Counted from the stretch's first letter, positions 29,888-38,029 are shown. The stretch is DNA of 41,471 bases from Dehalococcoidia bacterium (GCA_034430455.1 DAOUEO010000140.1:1-41471), one strand, 5' to 3'. Numbers and translations: made by a program. The notes: generated by a model not told the origin, from the sequence alone.

Positions 29888-31129
29888 CTAGGGATGCGGT
29901 GCGCTGACGCCGATGGAGGCGAATCCACCGGCCTGCTCCTGGTACTGCCGCCACCTTGCCTCCAGCGCCGGGTGCTGCAGCGTCTCCATCAGGTAGTCGG
30001 TGAAGGCGTCTCCCGTGGCGCCGGAAGAGCGGCCGGTGATGACGAGCCTCTTCTCGAACGTGTCGCATATCTCAAGGGCCATCTCCAGCCGGCGGCCGCG
30101 GTCGGCGAAGCCGATGTGGTTGAGGAGCATGGCGCCGCCGCGGACGAGCCCGCTGGGGTCAGCGTACTGGACGCGGCCCTCTTCGACCATACGAGGGGCG
30201 CTGCCGTGGATCGCCTCGAACATGGCGTAGCGCTTGCCGATGTTGGCGCTGCCGGCGGTGCCGACACCGCCCTGGAGCTCGGCCGCCTCGTCGGTGAGGA
30301 TGTCGCCGTAGAGGTTGGGCAGGGCGAAGACGCGGAAGTGCGTCCTCCGCTTGGGGTCGACGAGCTTCGCAGGCACGATGTCGATGTACCAGTCGTCCCA
30401 CTCCACTTCCGGGTAGTCGGCGGCGACCTCGCGGGCGACCTCCAGGAATCTGCCGTCGGTGGTCTTGATCACGTTGGCCTTGGTGACCACCGTCACCCGG
30501 TTGATACCGTGATTGCGCGCGTAATCGAAGGCGAGGCGGATGAGCCGCTCGCTGCCCTGGAGGGTAGCGATGGTGAAGTCGACGCAGAGGTCGGGGGTGA
30601 CGTGGATCCCCCTGCTGCCGACGGCGTAGGCGCCCTCGGTGTTCTCGCGGAAGAAGGTCCAGTCGATCCCCTGGGCGGGGATGCGCACGGGCCGGACGTT
30701 GGCGAAGAGGTCGAGGGCCTTGCGCATAGCGACGTTGGCGCTCTCGATGTTGGGCCAGGGGTCGCCGGCGCGCGGCGTCGTAGTGGGGCCCTTGAGGATG
30801 ATATGGCACTGCTTCAGCTCTTCGAGGACATCGTCGGGGACCGCCTTGAGCTGGGCGGCGCGGTTCTCGATTGTCAGCCCCTCGATGACCTTGAAGACGA
30901 CCTTGCCGCTCTCCACCTCCGGCTTCAGGAGAAGCTCCAGCACCCTCTGGGTCTGCTCCGAGATGTAGGGCCCAATGCCGTCGCCGCCGCAGACGCCGAT
31001 GACGATGGGTTTCAGGCCGGCGTAGTCGATCCAGCCGTCATTCGCCTTCATCCTCTCGACGCGCTCGAGCTGCTCTGTGAGCAGGTCGCCGAAGTGCTCT
31101 TTGGCCCTTTCGATTGCCTCGTTGTCCAT
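29888..31129 (-). CDS. icd: Isocitrate/isopropylmalate dehydrogenase-family enzyme, most like isocitrate dehydrogenase
   Basis: GGDGIGP, ILKGPTTTP....IESANVAMRKALDLFANVRPVR (parallel to E. coli IDH IKGPLTTP...IRSLNVALRQELDLY.CLRPVR, including the Ser), NLYGDILTDEAA, and EAIHGSAP. GGAAGGA RBS. Confidence 0.75.
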   Translation of the reverse strand: MDNEAIERAKEHFGDLLTEQLERVERMKANDGWIDYAGLKPIVIGVCGGDGIGPYISEQTQRVLELLLKPEVESGKVVFKVIEGLTIENRAAQLKAVPDDVLEELKQCHIILKGPTTTPRAGDPWPNIESANVAMRKALDLFANVRPVRIPAQGIDWTFFRENTEGAYAVGSRGIHVTPDLCVDFTIATLQGSERLIRLAFDYARNHGINRVTVVTKANVIKTTDGRFLEVAREVAADYPEVEWDDWYIDIVPAKLVDPKRRTHFRVFALPNLYGDILTDEAAELQGGVGTAGSANIGKRYAMFEAIHGSAPRMVEEGRVQYADPSGLVRGGAMLLNHIGFADRGRRLEMALEICDTFEKRLVITGRSSGATGDAFTDYLMETLQHPALEARWRQYQEQAGGFASIGVSAPHP

Positions 31130-31345
31130 GGGTTTTTCCTTCCGGGGGACGGGGTTTCTGGAAGCGCAGGCGGGCGTAGCTGATACCGCAGTATATCAGG
31201 GCCAAGATAAAGAAAGCAACGGCTTTCACAAAGCGCAGTGTTAAGACCGCGTTAAGTGATCAGCTCTCAGCGAGTGAGGTCAAGCGAGAAACGACCCTCG
31301 CCCTCTTGGGGAGCGGGGCCGTCGCGAAGAGTTGCTCTCCTAGAT

Positions 31346-31420
31346 TGGTGGCAGCGGAGGGATTTGAACCCACGACCAAGGGCTTATGAGTCCCCTGCTC
31401 TACCACTGAGCTACGCTGCC
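31346..31420 (-). tRNA. tRNA with CAU anticodon (elongator Met or lysidine-type Ile2; identity not resolved)
   Basis: Reverse complement GGCAGCG-TA-GCTC-AGTGGTA-GAGC-A-GGGGA-CTCATAA-GCCCT-TGGTC-GTGGG-TTCAAAT-CCCTC-CGCTGCC-A-CCA. There is one A-G mismatch at the base of the anticodon stem and one U-U mismatch in the T stem. Confidence 0.75.
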
Positions 31421-31525
31421 GCCGTGCCGGATCATAGCAAAGGGGCTCCGGGGCTGTCAACGAAGTCGCCAACGCTGCTACAATGGGCGACGGTACAACA
31501 AGAGCTTGGCCCTGGAGTAACCTCG

Positions 31526-32800
31526 ATGACCTGCGGCACCACGGCCGAGATGGAGACCATCGCTTACGCCTGCCATGAGCCCTACGGCTTCTGGCTGGAC
31601 AGCGCCCTCGTCGACCCCCAGTGGGGCCGGACTTCGCTCTACGGAGAAGACCCCTTCCTAGTGCTGCGGTCGAAGGGGAAGACGGTCGAGGTTGCGGAGC
31701 GCGGCGGCACGAGCCGTCATCAGGCCAGCCCATTCGAGGTGCTCCGCGAACTCCTGCGGGAGAGGCGGTCGCCGGAGGGGGGCGTCGTCGGCTACTTCGC
31801 CTATGAGCTCAAGCAGCACATCGAGGATCTCCCGCAGCGGGCGGAGGACGACCTGGCCCTCCCCGACTGCTATCTCTGTTTCTACGACCGGCTCGTGCGC
31901 TACGATCCCCGGCTGACGGCGCCCCCGGCCACCCCCGCCGACGGCGCGCGGACCGCCCGCCCCAAAATGGACGGTCTTCGATCAACCTTCACGCCGGAGG
32001 CCTACCGTCGCGCCGTCGAGCGGACGAAGCGCTACATCACCGCCGGCGACATCTACCAGGTAAACCTCTCGCAGAGGTTCGCGGCGCCGCTGCGGCAGAG
32101 CCCCTTCGATCTCTACTCGAGGCTGCGCCAGGTCAATCCCGCCCCCTTCGCCGCCTTCTTGAACCTCTCTGAGGGGCAGGTGTTGAGCGCATCGCCGGAG
32201 CGATTCCTCCACTTCGACCCGACGAGCAGGCGGGTGCAGACACGCCCGATCAAGGGGACGCGCCCCCGCGGCGGGACCCCCGAACGGGACCGGGAGCTGG
32301 CGCGGGAGTTGCTCAGCAGCGAGAAAGACCTCGCCGAGAACGTGATGATCGTCGACGTGGAGCGAAACGACCTCGGCCGCGTGGCGGAGATCGGCTCGGT
32401 GCGGGTGCCCCACCTGGCGGCGCTGGAGCGCTTCGCCACCGTATTCCACCTGACGTCGACGGTGGAGGCCCGTCTGCGCGACGGCTGCGACGTGGTGGAC
32501 CTGCTGCTCGCCACCTTCCCCAGCGGCTCGATCACGGGCGCGCCGAAGATACGGGCGATGGAGATCATCGACGAGCTGGAGCCGACGGCCCGCAGCGTCT
32601 ACACGGGCGCCATCGGCTACATCGGCTTCGACGGCTCGCTCGACCTGAACATCGCCATCCGCACCATGCTGGTCAAGGGCGATACCGTCTACTTCCAGGC
32701 CGGCGGCGGGATTGTCGACGACTCCGACCCGGAGCTGGAGTACCAGGAGACGCTGGACAAGGCGAGCGCCCTGGCGCGGGCGGTGCTGGCTGACGAATAG
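31526..32800 (+). CDS. pabB: Aminodeoxychorismate synthase component I (chorismate-binding enzyme)
   Basis: Chorismate-utilising enzyme motifs (DIYQVNLSQRF, SASPERFL, PIKGTRPRG, NVMIVDVERNDL, FPSGSITGAPK, YTGAIGY, AGGGIV.DS.P..E..E). Followed by a class IV aminotransferase-fold gene. The track ORF start 31256 runs through the tRNA; ATG 31526 is the first plausible start. Confidence 0.8.
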   Translation: MTCGTTAEMETIAYACHEPYGFWLDSALVDPQWGRTSLYGEDPFLVLRSKGKTVEVAERGGTSRHQASPFEVLRELLRERRSPEGGVVGYFAYELKQHIEDLPQRAEDDLALPDCYLCFYDRLVRYDPRLTAPPATPADGARTARPKMDGLRSTFTPEAYRRAVERTKRYITAGDIYQVNLSQRFAAPLRQSPFDLYSRLRQVNPAPFAAFLNLSEGQVLSASPERFLHFDPTSRRVQTRPIKGTRPRGGTPERDRELARELLSSEKDLAENVMIVDVERNDLGRVAEIGSVRVPHLAALERFATVFHLTSTVEARLRDGCDVVDLLLATFPSGSITGAPKIRAMEIIDELEPTARSVYTGAIGYIGFDGSLDLNIAIRTMLVKGDTVYFQAGGGIVDDSDPELEYQETLDKASALARAVLADE

Positions 32801-32808
32801 GCGGAGAG

Positions 32809-33648
32809 ATGCAGTGGGTCTTCCTCAACGGACGGATCATTGAAAGGGAGAGGGCCGCCATCCCGGCCCTCGACCGCGGCCTGCTCCACGCCTACGGCCT
32901 GTTCGAGACGATGCGCTCCTACAACGGGCGCGTCTTCCGCCTCGACGCCCACTACCGCCGCCTGTGTGAGGGGGCAGAGGCCCTCAGCCTCACCCTGAAC
33001 CTCAACCTTGATGAGATCGCCGCCGCCGTCGAGACGCTGCTGGAGAGGAACAGCCTCCCCGACGCCCGCATCCGCCTGACCGTCACCGCCGGCCCCGAGA
33101 ACGGCGAAAGGCAGGTCCTGCTCGTCGCCACCCCGCCTACCGACTACCCGCCGGAGCTCTACGAGAGGGGCATGGCCACCGTTACGAGCGCTACCCGTCG
33201 CAATGAGACTTCACCGCTGAGCCGCATCAAGTCGCTCAACTGCCTGGACAACATCCTGGCGCGCGAGGATGCCCGCCGCCAAGGTGCCGACCACGCGATA
33301 CTGCTCAACACGCGGGGCTTCGTCGCGGAGGGGAACTCAAGCAACGTCTTCCTGGCCCAAGGCGATCGGCTGCTGACGCCGGGCATCGATTCGGGCGTCC
33401 TGCCGGGGATAACGCGGGCCGCCGTCATCGAGCTGGCGCAGGAGGCCGGCACCGCCTGCCTAGAAGGCGAGGTCGAGGCGGCGATGCTCGACGACGCAAA
33501 GGAGGCGTTTCTCACCGGCTCGGTCATGGGGATCATGCCGCTTACCCGGCTCGACGGCCGCCCCATCGGCAGCGGCGGGCCCGGCCCCACGACCTTGGCG
33601 ATCAGCCGCCTCTATGATCAGGCGGTGGCGCGGGAGACGCGGAGATAA
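32809..33648 (+). CDS. pabC: Aminodeoxychorismate lyase / class IV aminotransferase-fold protein
   Basis: Fold-type IV pattern (DRGLLHAYGLFETMR, IKSLNCLDNILA, GNSSNVF, GVLPGITR). The pabC call rests on adjacency to pabB. A branched-chain or D-amino-acid aminotransferase cannot be excluded. Confidence 0.65.
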   Translation: MQWVFLNGRIIERERAAIPALDRGLLHAYGLFETMRSYNGRVFRLDAHYRRLCEGAEALSLTLNLNLDEIAAAVETLLERNSLPDARIRLTVTAGPENGERQVLLVATPPTDYPPELYERGMATVTSATRRNETSPLSRIKSLNCLDNILAREDARRQGADHAILLNTRGFVAEGNSSNVFLAQGDRLLTPGIDSGVLPGITRAAVIELAQEAGTACLEGEVEAAMLDDAKEAFLTGSVMGIMPLTRLDGRPIGSGGPGPTTLAISRLYDQAVARETRR

Positions 33649-33700
33649 GGCAGGCCGCCAACGCCGGTACGGGGTGTCTCATTGGGCCGCTGGCGTTGGC

Positions 33701-34312
33701 CTAGAACGCGTAGTCCGTCTTCCAGATCTCCCAGACCCTGCCGGCGGTGCGAATAGTCTCCTTCTCCTCTTTGAGAGTAGGCCTCCCCGGCTGCCAGCCG
33801 GAGGGGGTCAACTCGCCGGTGGAGCGGACGTGCTGGAAGGCCTTGAGCTGCCGAATGAGCTCAGTTACGTTGCGACCCACGGGCGGCGTCAGTATCTCCG
33901 CTGCCTGGATGATGCCGTCAGGGTCAATTATGAAGCGGCCACGCACGTTGACGCCGAGCTCCTCGTTGTACACCCCGTACAGGGATCCGATCTTGCCTCC
34001 GGGGTCGGCCAGCATGGCGTAGGGGACACCCCCCTCCACCATCTTCGAAAGCTCCACCTCCTGCCAGACCTTGTGGGAGTAGACACTGTCCACACTCACC
34101 GAGAGCACCTCCGCCTCCATCGCCCTCAACTCGCCATACTTGACGGCAACTGCCGCCAACTCGGTCGGTCAGACGCAGGTGAAGTCAGCGGGATAGAAGC
34201 AGAGGATCACCCACTTCTTCTTGAGGTTGGAGAGTTTGACCTCCTGGACCTTGCCATTCCAGTAGGCCTTGGCTGTGAAGTCTGGTGCTTGCTTGCCAAC
34301 GATCGGCGTCAT
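33701..34312 (-). CDS. Peroxiredoxin (AhpC/Prx1 type) with in-frame TGA at the peroxidatic position; candidate selenocysteine-containing Prx
   Basis: ATG 34312 (RBS AAGGAGGG) reads MTPIVGKQAPDFTAKAYWNGKVQEVKLSNLKKKWVILCFYPADFTCV. TGA at 34171-34169 follows, then PTELAAVAVKYGE... continues in the same frame to the stop at 33701. The ORF track reports only the part after the TGA (33701..34159). Confidence 0.75.
34140..34159 (-). promoter_or_regulatory. SECIS-like hairpin downstream of the in-frame UGA
   Basis: The minus-strand RNA forms UUGGCGGC-AGUU-GCCGUCAA, an 8-bp stem (one G-U pair) with a 4-nt loop containing G. The stem starts 9 nt after UGA. Confidence 0.5.
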
Positions 34313-34368
34313 TGCGCCCTCCTTTCGCTAGGCCGGTCGTACGTGCGGCCCCTGCCAGAATGGAAATG

Positions 34369-34397
34369 ATCGTAGCAAGGGGGTTCTGGCCTGTCAA
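34369..34397 (-). promoter_or_regulatory. Candidate peroxiredoxin promoter
   Basis: On the minus strand: TTGACA (34397-34392), 17-bp spacer, TACGAT (34374-34369), about 55 nt upstream of the ATG. Confidence 0.45.
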
Positions 34398-34439
34398 CCA
34401 GAGGAGAGAATACAGAGCGAACGCCTCTGCCTCACCTCC

Positions 34440-34506
34440 CGCTTGAGGGGCCGACTTCGCGCGGTCTACAATGGAATCGCGATGACGAAGACACGCTTCG
34501 CCGCCC
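34440..34506 (+). repeat. Direct repeat copy A: duplicated uvrC promoter plus first 8 codons (uvrC' remnant)
   Basis: 66 of 67 positions are identical to 35380-35446 (single t/c difference at 34457/35397). It contains TTGAGG-18 bp-TACAAT and ATGACGAAGACACGCTTCGCCGCC. Degenerate similarity (ctgcccg, cccggcg) continues to about 34530. Confidence 0.9.
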
Positions 34507-34569
34507 TGCCCGAGCCGATTCCGCCCGGCGGCGGGTTGGGCCTCAGCGACCGGAAAGGACCAAAGGAAC

Positions 34570-35310
34570 ATGAAACTTCTTAGCTGGCAGGCTGCTCTTG
34601 GACTGGCTCTACTTGCGTTGTCGGTGCTGGTGTACGCGCTGCACTACGCGATATTCAGAGACTCGCATCACATCTTCATCTACCTGATCGGCGATGTCGC
34701 TTTCGTGTTCATCGAGGTTCTCCTGGTCACTCTGATAATCCATGAGTTGCTCAATGTCAGAGAAAAGCAGAGCCGGCTGGAGAAGTTGAATATGGTCATA
34801 GGCGCCTTCTTCAGCGAACTTGGAACGGAGCTGCTGGCCTACTTCTCGGACCTCGACCCCAAGCTGAACCAGATCAGGGAGCAGCTCATCGTGGACAACG
34901 AGTGGTCGAATGAGGAGTTCGCCAGCGTCAGTCAGCGGCTGAGGAAATACGACTACGGCGTGGAGATCGAAACAGCGAACTGGGGAAATCTGAGCAGCTA
35001 CCTCATTGAGAAAAGGGGCTTCCTGCTGAGGCTGCTGGAGAACCCGACTCTGCTGGAACATGAGTCCTTCACAGAGCTCCTTCGCGCCGTCTTCCACCTG
35101 ACTGAGGAGCTGGCAAGAAGGGAGAACCTCGGGGAGCTGCCCGACACCGACCGTAGACATCTTGCCAACGACATCACGAGGGCATACGTCCTGCTCGTGC
35201 GACAGTGGCTGGACTATATGCACCACCTGAGAGACAACTACCCCTACCTCTTCTCCCTCGCCATGAGGACGAACCCATTTGACCAACAAGCGTCGGTGAT
35301 AGTGCGTTAG
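34570..35310 (+). CDS. Hypothetical two-TM membrane protein with helical cytoplasmic domain; compositionally foreign
   Basis: 246-aa ORF starting at ATG with AAGGA 4 nt upstream. Two N-terminal hydrophobic helices are followed by a charged helical domain. Hand-counted GC is 53% and 45% in two 60-nt samples, against 72% in the adjacent uvrC sample. Confidence 0.7.
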   Translation: MKLLSWQAALGLALLALSVLVYALHYAIFRDSHHIFIYLIGDVAFVFIEVLLVTLIIHELLNVREKQSRLEKLNMVIGAFFSELGTELLAYFSDLDPKLNQIREQLIVDNEWSNEEFASVSQRLRKYDYGVEIETANWGNLSSYLIEKRGFLLRLLENPTLLEHESFTELLRAVFHLTEELARRENLGELPDTDRRHLANDITRAYVLLVRQWLDYMHHLRDNYPYLFSLAMRTNPFDQQASVIVR

Positions 35311-35379
35311 TGCGTTTGAGCGCAAGAGACAGCCCGCCGGTGCGCGCGGCAGCCCCCACGGCTGGCGAAGGGCCCCGCT

Positions 35380-35446
35380 CGCTTGAGGGGCCGACTCCGC
35401 GCGGTCTACAATGGAATCGCGATGACGAAGACACGCTTCGCCGCCC
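35380..35446 (+). repeat. Direct repeat copy B: functional uvrC promoter and start
   Basis: Partner of 34440-34506. TTGAGG 35383-35388, TACAAT 35407-35412, uvrC ATG at 35422. Confidence 0.9.
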
Positions 35447-37269
35447 AGCTCGCCGCCCTGCCCGCTCGACCCGGCGTCTACATCATGCGCGACGGCGAGG
35501 GCCGCGTCATCTACGTCGGGAAGGCGGCCAACCTGCACAGCCGGGTGCGCTCCTACTTCGGCTCGCCCCGCAGCATGGAGCCGAAGACGCGGGCGCTCGC
35601 GTCCGCCGTCGCCGATTTCGAGTACATCGTCACCAATACGAGCCAGGAGGCGCTGCACCTGGAGGCGACCCTGGTCAAGCGCCATCAGCCCCTCTTCAAC
35701 GTCCGCCTCAAGGACGACAAGCACTATCCCTACCTCCGGATCGACGTGCAGAACTCCTGGCCGCGGGCCGAGATCACCCGCCGCGTGGCCGACGACGGCG
35801 CCCGCTACTTCGGGCCCTACGCGAGCGCGGGGTCGGTGCGCAAGGTGCTCGATCTCATCAACCGGCTCTTCCCCTGCCGCGCCTGCACGAAGACGATAAG
35901 CGGCCAGGACCGGCGCCCCTGCCTCGATTTCTACCTCCACCGCTGCCTCGCTCCCTGCGCCTCCTACTGCAGCAAGGAGGAGTACGACGAGATGATCCGG
36001 CAGGCGATCCTCTTCCTCGAGGGGCGGACGGACACGGTCGTGCGGGAGATCAGAGCGCAGATGGAGGCGGCATCGGAGAGCCTCCAGTTCGAGCGGGCGG
36101 CGCGGCTGCGCGACCAGCTCCAGGCGATCGAAAGGGTCACCGAGCGGCAGGTGACGGCCTACGCCACGCCCAGCGATGAGGATGTCTTCGGCCTCGCCCG
36201 CGCCGACGGGGATGTGTGGGCGCAGGTGCTGTTCATCCGGGGGACGAAGATGACCGGCGGCGACCACTTCGCGCTGGACGGCGCAGGCGACGAGCCCGAC
36301 GCCGAGGTGATGAACAGCTTCCTGAAGCAGTTCTACGAGTCGGCGACCTACGTGCCGCGGAGAGTGCTGCTGCCGGTCGCGGTCCCCGAGCAGGCGCTGA
36401 TCGAGGAGTGGCTGTCGGAGCGGCGCGGCGGCCGCGTGAGCCTGCTCGTCCCCCGGCGCGGGAACAAGCGGCATCTGGTGGCGATGGCCGCCGACAACGC
36501 CCGCGAGGCGCTGGAGATGATGCGGGTGAAGTGGCTGGCGGACAGCGGCAAGACGCAGCGGGCGCTGGCCGAGCTGCAAGAAGAGCTGAACCTGCCGTCG
36601 CTGCCGCGGCGGATCGAGTGCTACGACATCTCGGACATCAGCGGGACGGCCGCCGTGGGGAGCATGGTGGTGTTCAGCGACGGCCATCCGCGGCGGGCGG
36701 AGTACCGTCGCTTCCGGATCAAGACGGTGGAAGGGGCGAACGACGTGGCGATGATGGCGGAGGTGCTGCGGCGTCGCTTCAAGCGGGCGGCGCGGCGCGA
36801 GCCCGGCGGAGAGGAGCCGGACGAGAAGGGGCAGGCCTGGGCTGCCCTGCCCGACCTGGTGCTGATCGACGGCGGGAGGCCGCAGCTCAACGCCGCCCTC
36901 GACGCGCTTCGGGAGATGGAGGTGCCGTTCCTGCCGGCGGCGGGGCTGGCGAAGCAGCAGGAGGAGCTGTATGTGAAGGACGTGGCGGAGCCGATCGTCC
37001 TGCCGCGGACGTCGCCGGCGCTGTACCTGCTGCAGCGGGTGCGGGACGAGGCGCACCGCTTCGCTATCACATACCATCGCAAGGTGCGGGAGAAGGCGGG
37101 GACGAGGTCGGCGCTCGACTCGATACCGGGCGTGGGGCCGAAGCGGAAGCGGGCGCTGCTGCGGAAGTTCGGGTCCGTGAAGAGGATACGGGAGGCGGCG
37201 GTGGACGAGATCGCGGCGACGGTGGGGTTCACGCGCTCGCTGGCCGAAAGGGTCAAGGAGTACCTGTAG
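35422..37269 (+). CDS. uvrC: Excinuclease ABC subunit C
   Basis: GIY-YIG start (PGVYIMRDGEGRVIYVGKAANL..RV.SYF), a UVR domain (QFERAARLRDQLQAI), an endonuclease domain and a C-terminal (HhH)2 (IPGVGPKRKRALLRKFGS). ATG 35422 lies only about 10 nt after the TACAAT box. Confidence 0.9.
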   Translation: MTKTRFAAQLAALPARPGVYIMRDGEGRVIYVGKAANLHSRVRSYFGSPRSMEPKTRALASAVADFEYIVTNTSQEALHLEATLVKRHQPLFNVRLKDDKHYPYLRIDVQNSWPRAEITRRVADDGARYFGPYASAGSVRKVLDLINRLFPCRACTKTISGQDRRPCLDFYLHRCLAPCASYCSKEEYDEMIRQAILFLEGRTDTVVREIRAQMEAASESLQFERAARLRDQLQAIERVTERQVTAYATPSDEDVFGLARADGDVWAQVLFIRGTKMTGGDHFALDGAGDEPDAEVMNSFLKQFYESATYVPRRVLLPVAVPEQALIEEWLSERRGGRVSLLVPRRGNKRHLVAMAADNAREALEMMRVKWLADSGKTQRALAELQEELNLPSLPRRIECYDISDISGTAAVGSMVVFSDGHPRRAEYRRFRIKTVEGANDVAMMAEVLRRRFKRAARREPGGEEPDEKGQAWAALPDLVLIDGGRPQLNAALDALREMEVPFLPAAGLAKQQEELYVKDVAEPIVLPRTSPALYLLQRVRDEAHRFAITYHRKVREKAGTRSALDSIPGVGPKRKRALLRKFGSVKRIREAAVDEIAATVGFTRSLAERVKEYL

Positions 37270-38029
37270 GGGACACCCCTCCGGACTCCCCCTCGATTCC
37301 AAGGAGAGAGACCAGCGTCTTCGCGTTGGCGACGGCGTGCCCGAGGGCGTCGTTGTTGAAGTAGACGTACACCTCCCGCACGTCCTCCGGCAGCCCGCGC
37401 AGACGGCTCGCCCAGTCCGCCAACTGCTCGTCGCTGTAAGAGCCACCGTAGAGGGCGGCGCTGCCGTGAAAGCGCACGTAGACGAAGTCGGTCGTCGCCT
37501 CCAGCGGCGTCTCCCGCTCCACCATGTGGTAGACGCAGAAGGCTACGTTGTGCATCCGGAGGAGGGCGAACGGCTCGGCGTCGAACCAGGAATCGTGGCG
37601 GAATTCGAAGACGTGGCGCACGTCGTGGGGCAGTAGCGAGAGGAAATGGGCCAGGCGCTCGCTGTTCTCCGGCGTGCGATGAAAGCTGGGCGGCATCTGA
37701 TAGAGGACGGGGCCCAGGGCGTCGCCGAGGAGGCGGGCGCGGTCGAGGAACGTCTCCAGCGGCTCCTCGCAGTCTTGCAGGCGCTTGATGTGGGTGATGA
37801 AGCGGCTGGCCTTGACGGCGAAGCGGAAGCCCTCCGGCACCTTCGCCGACCAGTTGCGCCAGGTCTGCTCCTTGGGCAGTCGATAGAAGCTGGCGTTGAG
37901 CTCGACGGTGGCGAAGTGGCGGCAGAAGTGGTCGAGCCACTTGGCGGCAGCCAGCTCCTGGGGGTAGAAGGGGCCCCGCCAGTGGCTGTAGACCCAACCG
38001 GACGTCCCTATCCAGTAGCGAGGGGGCAT
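37253..38029 (-). CDS. DUF72 (YecE-like) family protein
   Basis: IGTSGWVYSHWRGPFYP...FATVELNASFYRLP...FRFAVKASRFITH is the typical DUF72 N-terminal pattern. Convergent with uvrC, and the ends overlap by 17 nt. Confidence 0.85.
   Translation of the reverse strand: MPPRYWIGTSGWVYSHWRGPFYPQELAAAKWLDHFCRHFATVELNASFYRLPKEQTWRNWSAKVPEGFRFAVKASRFITHIKRLQDCEEPLETFLDRARLLGDALGPVLYQMPPSFHRTPENSERLAHFLSLLPHDVRHVFEFRHDSWFDAEPFALLRMHNVAFCVYHMVERETPLEATTDFVYVRFHGSAALYGGSYSDEQLADWASRLRGLPEDVREVYVYFNNDALGHAVANAKTLVSLLGIEGESGGVSPTGTP

Noticed and set aside
31038-31229. 63-aa minus-strand ORF with a hydrophobic N-terminus (MKAVAFFILALIYCGISY) upstream of and overlapping the icd start.
   Set aside because: Two thirds of it overlaps icd in another frame and becomes Arg-rich junk. 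No RBS was seen. It is probably the AT-richer promoter region read as protein.
33655-33700. 9-bp stem gccaacgcc / ggcgttggc between the convergent pabC and prx genes, considered as a bidirectional terminator.
   Set aside because: The loop is about 26 nt and there is no U/A tract on either side. It is too weak to call.
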